In this document: positions 62,066 to 64,000 of the stretch, in pieces
How positions within the stretch are numbered: position 1 is the stretch's first letter
How the letters are laid out: the number at the start of each line of letters is the position of its first letter
Assembly: GCA_964618145.1 (NCBI GenBank)
Contig: CAZTZR010000003.1
Coordinates: 997 to 64,996 of the forward strand
Direction of reading: 5' to 3'
From: an uncultured Kofleriaceae bacterium
Lineage (GTDB): Bacteria > Myxococcota_A > Polyangia > HGW-17
DNA: 64,000 nt
Program-made: the position numbers and the translations under genes
The notes under the pieces: generated by a model
Told to the model about the DNA's origin: nothing
What the model saw: the letters and a program-made list of their open reading frames with translations, nothing else
The model's database searches: none

Positions 62066-62083
62066 CCGGCCAGGCCAAGTGGG

Positions 62084-62440
62084 GTGACCATGTCCGACTC
62101 CAAATCCATGGAATCACGGGAATTTCCGAGGCTGGCCGCGGAACTGCGGGTCATGCTCAACCATCCCCGATGGATACATCCCATTGAGGTGGTTTCAAAG
62201 GACATCAGCCTCGGAGGCATTTTTGTTTATACCCGTTATACCCGGGATCTGCCGTCCGCCATGGTGCTCACCATCACCCTGCCCACAGGAGACGACCGGT
62301 ATGTCACCTTTGCAGGGGAGGTCATGCACTGTATCCCCGGTGTGGGTGTGGGTATCCGCTTCCAGACGCGCAGCCGTCATCTGGACACACTTTTGTCCCG
62401 GATTCAACGGGGGTCTCCCGAATCCATCGCCCGCCTGTGA
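62084..62440 (+). CDS. PilZ-domain protein
   Basis: REFPRLAAELRV (RxxxR) and SKDISLGGIFV (DxSxGG). Confidence 0.7.
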   Translation: MTMSDSKSMESREFPRLAAELRVMLNHPRWIHPIEVVSKDISLGGIFVYTRYTRDLPSAMVLTITLPTGDDRYVTFAGEVMHCIPGVGVGIRFQTRSRHLDTLLSRIQRGSPESIARL

Positions 62441-62489
62441 TTTTCCCCTTGACTTTGTTTCGCCATTTCCGTAATAAAGCTGTCCTGAC

Positions 62490-62566
62490 GGCGATGTAGC
62501 TCAGCCGGTCAGAGCAAGCGGCTCATATCCGCTGTGTCCGGGGTTCAAGTCCCTGCATCGCCACCA
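62490..62566 (+). tRNA. tRNA-Met (anticodon CAU; alternatively tRNA-Ile2 if lysidinylated)
   Basis: Cloverleaf read by hand: acceptor ggcgatg/catcgcc; anticodon loop ctCATat; T-arm ggggttcaagtccct; 3' CCA encoded. Confidence 0.8.
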
Positions 62567-62573
62567 CCTTTCA

Positions 62574-62614
62574 GGCACCACCATCCGGTTTCCGGGTTTT
62601 GGTGCCTTTTTTTT
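62574..62614 (+). terminator. Rho-independent terminator after the tRNA
   Basis: ggcacca...tggtgcc stem with inner ccgg-ttt-ccgg, followed by T8. Confidence 0.7.
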
Positions 62615-62709
62615 GCCCCCCTGTACGATTTCCCGCAACCCATTTCCGTTTTTAAAGATAATAAACCAAAGGGCCGCCCGCAAAAGGGTGGCCCGTTATA
62701 GGGAACGAA

Positions 62710-63738
62710 GTGACCAACCGCAGTCGTGAACCCACCGAACAGGCCACACCCAAACGCCTCAAACAGGCCCTGGAAAAAGGAGAAATCGCCTACTCCCGGA
62801 AACTGGGACCGACCCTTCATTTTCTGATGTTTTGCATGCTGGTGCTGGTTTTTGTCCAATCAACCGCCTTGTCCCTGGCCCGGTTTGCCATTGCCGCCTT
62901 CTCCCTGCAGGTTCCGGTGAACAAGGCTTTGGCCGAAGCGTTTTTTGTGCTTCTTGATATGCTCTGGCCGTTTCTCGCCCTGGCGTTTGTGTTTTCCCTT
63001 GTGGCCGGCCTTGTGCAGACGGGGGTACGCTTCAACTGGCGACTGGTGCGACCGGATGTTTCGCGGATATCGTTGTCCCATGGATTCAGGAGAATGACAT
63101 CCGGAAAACTCGCGGATCTGGGATGGGCCTTGCCATTTCTGGTCCTCTTTCTGGGGTTGGTGGCATTCAGTCTCTGGATCCATCGGGCCCGCATTTTTGC
63201 GTTGGGGTTTGAAACCGGGCTGTCCAGGGGTCTGGAATCGGCCGCAGGGCTTTTCAGGACTTTGTTGTGGTTTCAGTTTTTCCTTCTGGCCGCCTTTTGC
63301 GCACTGGACATCGTTCTGGTGGTTTCCCGCCACCGCAAGCGCCTGATGATGACCAAAGAGGAAGTGACCGAGGAGTATCGACAGACCGAGGGAGATCCCC
63401 GGACCAAACAGGAACGGCGAGGAATTTTCGAACAGTGGCTTGCCGGTGCGCCGGAACACGTGTTGGTACAGGAGGCGAAAATGCTGATTGTGAATCCCGA
63501 ACATCTGGCCATCGCCATAGGCGTGGACGAAGACAACTCACCCGTGGTGCTTGCCCGGGGAAAAGGGGAAAAGGCGCACCGGTTCCGCAGGATTGCCAAC
63601 CGGGCAGGGGTGCCGGTGGTGAGGGACGTGCGATTGGCGCGGGAGTTGGAAAAACTGCCTGAAGACGCCCGGATCCAGGGGGAACTTCTGGAAGCACTGG
63701 CGGTGTTGTTTGTTGAACTCGGACTCGCCGAAGATTGA
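62710..63738 (+). CDS. FlhB/SctU-family type III export switch protein
   Basis: N-terminus PTEQATPKRLKQALEKGEIAYSRKL; 4 TMs; NPEH (NPTH-like) autocleavage motif; C-terminus VPVVRDVRLARELEKL. Confidence 0.7.
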   Translation: MTNRSREPTEQATPKRLKQALEKGEIAYSRKLGPTLHFLMFCMLVLVFVQSTALSLARFAIAAFSLQVPVNKALAEAFFVLLDMLWPFLALAFVFSLVAGLVQTGVRFNWRLVRPDVSRISLSHGFRRMTSGKLADLGWALPFLVLFLGLVAFSLWIHRARIFALGFETGLSRGLESAAGLFRTLLWFQFFLLAAFCALDIVLVVSRHRKRLMMTKEEVTEEYRQTEGDPRTKQERRGIFEQWLAGAPEHVLVQEAKMLIVNPEHLAIAIGVDEDNSPVVLARGKGEKAHRFRRIANRAGVPVVRDVRLARELEKLPEDARIQGELLEALAVLFVELGLAED

Positions 63739-63827
63739 ACACTCATTCACTTCTCACATGAACATCACCTGCAACACACGAATGCCCCCTACATCACCGG
63801 TCGTGCACTGGGCACGGAGTGTTGCGC

Positions 63828-64000
63828 ATGTTCAGATTATTTGGTCTCCGAACTTTTGTGGTCTTGATATTGGCCGGTTCTCCTGTTGCTTGCAAGACCG
63901 ATTCACAGAAACTGACTTCAGTCAAAATCGGACTTCCTGACACGATTGATTTCAGGAGCGGGAAAACCCCGCTGATGGTGGCGGCCATCCGAAATGACAT
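63828..64000 (+). CDS. Lipoprotein, 5' partial (possible ankyrin repeat start)
   Basis: MFRLFGLRTFVVLILAGSPVAC lipobox. TPLMVAAIRND resembles an ankyrin repeat core. Runs off the window. Confidence 0.4.
   Translation, partial: MFRLFGLRTFVVLILAGSPVACKTDSQKLTSVKIGLPDTIDFRSGKTPLMVAAIRND

Overview
High-GC (about 60%, by eye) chromosomal window from a bacterium with Myxococcota/Deltaproteobacteria-like traits: many lipobox lipoproteins, Myxococcus-type Cys-rich repeats, giant TPR proteins, PilZ/HD-GYP signalling and ECF sigma/anti-sigma. Housekeeping genes present include uvrA, era-der, gyrA, queF, queG, srkA, pgeF, a LolA-like gene and a tRNA-Met(CAU).

(1) The main result is a three-gene island of about 3.4 kb (2600-5950) carrying a radical-SAM gene followed by the mercury-methylation pair hgcA and hgcB. 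HgcA shows the NVWCAAGK cap-helix motif and C-terminal TM helices; HgcB is a 2x[4Fe-4S] ferredoxin with a C-terminal CC. The island is bounded by decayed direct repeats. A roughly 480-bp collinear mosaic at 2123-2600 reproduces, at about 95-99% identity, six segments of the region 5998-12735 downstream of the island: the 3' end of the DltD-like gene, an internal piece of it, the MBOAT 3' end, two uvrA pieces and a VWA-lipoprotein piece. The pieces are joined at 5-8 bp microhomologies, and a 40-bp remnant of the beta-helix gene 3' end sits at 5950-5997. This is the footprint expected from Campbell-type integration followed by deletional decay.

(2) On the minus strand, a tandem, translationally coupled pair of radical-SAM/SPASM maturase-like enzymes (29392-31574) sits in an operon with a TPR/TM protein, a TerB-like protein and a PilZ protein. 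No RRE domain and no obvious small precursor were found, so this is a candidate uncharacterised protein/peptide-modification system.

(3) Five lipoproteins share a poly-Asn linker (NNQNN/NNINN) immediately after the lipobox Cys, each encoded by AAC-rich microsatellites.

(4) Other observations: an Mph-like kinase and MFS transporter overlapping pair; a B12-binding rSAM; a lipoprotein ORF interrupted by an in-frame TAG; a 30-bp tandem repeat encoding PEPEPQPT; an FlhB/SctU-like gene with no flagellar/T3SS neighbours inside the window.

Long antisense ORFs throughout are treated as GC artefacts.
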